Below are positions 61,211 through 64,000 of a stretch of DNA of 64,000 nt, piece after piece (position 1 is the stretch's first letter; each line of letters opens with the position of its first letter). This DNA comes from Hyphochytrium catenoides (lineage: Eukaryota; Protista; Hyphochytriomycota), in NCBI GenBank assembly GCA_900088475.1, contig FLMG01004130.1, positions 1-64,000 of the forward strand. The letters are read 5' to 3'. Both the position numbers and the translations under genes were made by a program. The notes beneath the pieces were generated by a model that worked only from the letters and a program-made list of their open reading frames with translations, was not told the DNA's origin and searched no databases.

Positions 61211-62006
61211 TTGTTGTGGCAAGGGCTCCTGACCCCACAAGAGTATCGCACTTGTGATGCACAGAAAAGAGTCAAGGACTGGGACTCTTGGAAGGCCTTG
61301 GTGCAGCAGGGCAGGCGGACGAGATGGCGCGTGCTCCTGAGAGACAGGAGAAAAGAAGGAACGCTGGCAGATAGAACCCAGAGTGAAGGAGAAGCGTCTC
61401 ACAGCGAGGTGACGACACAAATGCAAGGAGTAGCAAGAAGAGCAAGACAGACGGGGGCCGCTACTTCCCTAAGATGTGCCGTTACTACTATGCTCATCCG
61501 CTGAGCTAGAGAGAACGCGCACAAATGGGACTCGACCTTGTAGAGCGATGCAGCTCCCATCCTCATCTTGCCACCCCTTGGGTCGTGTCGGCATCCTCCC
61601 TGTGGCACTTCTCCTTGATTCTGGATTAAATCTGCCCACGTTCCTCCTTTTCTCCCTGTCTCTCAGGAGTACGCGTTCCTCCTTTTCTCCCTGTCTCTCA
61701 GGAGCACGCGTGTCATCAGAGGTCCTCGTCCGCCTGCCCTGCTGCACCAAGGCCTTCCAAGAGTTCCAGTGCTTGACTCTTTTCTGAGCATCACAAGTGC
61801 GATAGTCTTGTGGGATCAGGAATCCTTGGCACAGTAACTTGGCTGCTTTCCGTAGTGCCGTATAGCATTGAGAGTACCTTCAAATAGAATCCGACAGGAT
61901 GCTCTTCGCCGTCTTCGTCAAGCTGTGATGGCACTGCAGCAACCACATACTTGGTGCCGGTGCCATCGGTTTGAAGTATGAACTGCCGTTCAAAGTCTGG
62001 TTGCTC
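61048..62006. repeat. Long inverted repeat (arms ~61048-61443 and ~61561-62006, spacer ~117 bp) containing gypsy RNase H sequence
   Basis: For example, gacgaagacggcgaagagcatcc and ttggaaggccttggtgcagcagggcaggcggacgag recur as exact reverse complements. The right arm has an internal 35-bp tandem duplication (61641-61675/61676-61710). Confidence 0.92.
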
Positions 62007-62947
62007 GTCGCTTTGGTGCCGTGGCTAGAGCGAGTGATGCTATCTTATTTTGATCACCGAACAGAACCTTATGCAAAGCTTCCATGTACAACTTCACCTG
62101 TCTGCTGGGTAAAGAATTGTCCCTCGAATAGTCGCAGTGGGAGGAGCTTCTATGTAAGAACTTTGTCATTGACGATCTCCAGATCTCTCCAGATCAGTCT
62201 CTGAAGTGTTTAGAAAATGCAAATCTCTGAATACTGGACGGATACCTCGACCCGCTAACGGCATGAAACCTATTGCATCTGGGCAACCTGGTTATTTAGT
62301 AATGAATCTTTCAGAGTACTGTTACGTGCTTTATCTATAAATTGTAGCATATGAAAGATTGAGTGATACCTTTGAAGCATTTGAAAGAATGGGTCCCATT
62401 GCTAACATGGGCTTTGTGGGTGGCTGAGGAAGAAGCTTCAGATCTTTACTTTTTAGCGTGAGAGTAATCTTCGAGAGGAAAAGAGCTCATCGGATGGCAA
62501 GCACTGGGAAGACGGAGAAAGACAAAGAGAGGTCAAGAAGTAGAAGAGTTACAGAGAGAGATAAAGTGAGAGGGAGAGCACGCCTCTTGAACTATCTATG
62601 AGAAGATAAAGCTAAGTCAAGAATGTGCAGAAGCTGAGAGAGATTTGCAGAGGCACGTCGAAGGTATGAGCTATTCTTAGGAGAGACACTTCTTTCTGAA
62701 GGAGAGGTCAACGGTGCTCTTCTAGCGCAAAGAGAGAGACCCTGTCAGCAGACCCTGACAATGTCCTCGTTGAGCTCAGTGCTCTGGGATTGCCCACTTC
62801 TGCGTGGGTTCTTTTTCTCTCTCTGAGCAAGAAGTGGCCCGCGGGTGAATGCTCACTCTTGTCTCCCTTCGTACCAACGCCAACCCTCTCTCCCATATTC
62901 TCTCTCTCCCTCTTTGGCCCTAGTCACACCCGTCGTATTTTCCGACG

Positions 62948-64000
62948 ATGGTGGAGCAACTCGAATATCATCAGTCTCAAGGTGACAACCTTTCTTCCTA
63001 CGAAGCCATCCGCAGAGAGCGAATCGCTAGAAATGCCCAGGTGTTGCGCTCGTTAGGGCTGCAGAAGCCTCTTCTTTCCTCTCCTCTCTCTCTTCAAACA
63101 AACAAAGATTCCCGAAAGAGGAAAAGAGAGCAACAACAGACAGAGGAAGAAAGAGACGGTAGACTTCTTCGTCGGTCCTTAAGGAAGCTGGGTCAGCCGC
63201 AGGTAAACTATCGAGAGGAGCCTAAGGCCGACAAGAGAGAGAGAAGCAGAGCCAACCAAAGGGCTGTCCCTGTCACAAAGGAGAAGAAGGAAGGCGAAGA
63301 GAAAACAAAGAAAGACATTCGCCCTCGTCCTGAGCCTTCCAAAGACAGCATTCTTCTACAGGATGCAGATCTTTCCCTCATTGTTTCTCCGACCATACTA
63401 GGCCAGCTCTTCTCTCTCCCTGGCAAGGAGACAGTGGTTCGGTCTCTCTCTCTCAGGCAAAATGTTGTTCCACGTTTCTCTAAAATGAGTGGCTTGACGG
63501 AATGGAAGAACTGTATATTCTTATGGGTTAATATCGGAGGAGACGACTATGAGAACGTCTTTGAGAAGAGTGAGACGGTACCCAAGAGAAAAGGAGAAGA
63601 AGACATGAGAGGAGAAGATGGGAAAGAAGTAAGAGAGAGGGGAGAAGAGCCGAGAGAAACCAGGACTGAAGGAGAGAAAGAGAGGGCAAAAAGGATCGAA
63701 GACGTGATGACTATGACTTGGTTCTGCTCCCCTCGCTATTCTGAAGACTCTCCCATCGTCCAGCGTCTTCTGCCTTTCCAAGCACGGATACACGACGACG
63801 AGAACGACAAAAAGAGTGAGCGGGAGGACACACAAGGGATGAAAGATGAGAGAAAGGATGTCTTTCTCTTCTGCCGCCTGATAGGAGAGCCGTATGTCGC
63901 CTGTGGGCGGCTGGAGTATATCAGTCATGACCCTCAGAGCCGTCCCCTTCGCTTTGTATGGAAGCTTCAGGACTACGAAGGACTGAGCGCTTCGCAGACA
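62948..64000 (+). CDS. Uncharacterised probably nuclear protein: CDCA7/WDR76-like N-terminal helix + DUF3427/SRA-like domain; 3'-partial, not in the ORF track
   Basis: 351 open codons from ATG 62948 to the window end: LSSYEAIRRERIARNAQVLRSLGL; RKRKR; LRRSLRKLGQPQVNYREE; FSKMSGLTEWKNCIFLWVNIGGDDYENVF...MTWFCSPR...SPIVQRLL...VFLFCRLIGEPYVACGRLEYISHDPQSRPLRFVWKLQDY. Confidence 0.8.
   Translation, partial: MVEQLEYHQSQGDNLSSYEAIRRERIARNAQVLRSLGLQKPLLSSPLSLQTNKDSRKRKREQQQTEEERDGRLLRRSLRKLGQPQVNYREEPKADKRERSRANQRAVPVTKEKKEGEEKTKKDIRPRPEPSKDSILLQDADLSLIVSPTILGQLFSLPGKETVVRSLSLRQNVVPRFSKMSGLTEWKNCIFLWVNIGGDDYENVFEKSETVPKRKGEEDMRGEDGKEVRERGEEPRETRTEGEKERAKRIEDVMTMTWFCSPRYSEDSPIVQRLLPFQARIHDDENDKKSEREDTQGMKDERKDVFLFCRLIGEPYVACGRLEYISHDPQSRPLRFVWKLQDYEGLSASQT

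Noticed and set aside
1-64000. CRISPR arrays, rRNA/tRNA genes, prokaryotic operons
   Set aside because: None recognised. The sequence is intron-containing eukaryotic DNA with no regularly spaced repeat-spacer array. A covariance-model scan would be needed to exclude small ncRNAs.

Overview
This is eukaryotic nuclear DNA from a flagellated protist. It looks stramenopile-like to me, but the taxon cannot be fixed from this window. It is a gapped draft scaffold with spliceosomal introns (mostly GT-AG, two GC-AG), the standard code (TAA, TAG and TGA all end genes) and many (CT)/(GA) microsatellites, densest after ~31.5 kb. About 16 protein genes can be reconstructed: 3-hydroxyisobutyrate dehydrogenase (5'-partial), a secreted Cys-repeat protein, a SulP-STAS-cNMP transporter, a DTW tRNA-modification enzyme with an in-frame UGA, an Atg38/NRBF2-like protein, Aladin, LAMTOR3, an intronless bacterial-type N-acyltransferase, DUF1764, an SFC1-like mitochondrial carrier, an RSPH10B-like MORN protein, IFT144/WDR19, an eIF2-alpha kinase, ADAT1/Tad1, a DUF3712/LEA2-like membrane protein, and a 3'-truncated ORF missing from the ORF track. 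That last ORF joins a CDCA7/WDR76-type helix to a DUF3427 (SRA-like) domain. Three islands of decayed retroelements or repeats (~1.1-4.4 kb, ~28.2-30.7 kb, ~59.4-62.8 kb) interrupt the genes. The most promising thread is a possible non-CpG cytosine-modification or RIP-like defence system. It rests on a TAG/CTA excess with repeated CCA>CTA (TGG>TAG) and CTG>CTA changes, hypermutated retroelement relics, a fold-back gypsy hairpin, and the candidate methyl-DNA reader next to it. All family calls are motif recognition by eye, not database results. Exon boundaries and counts are hand-derived.
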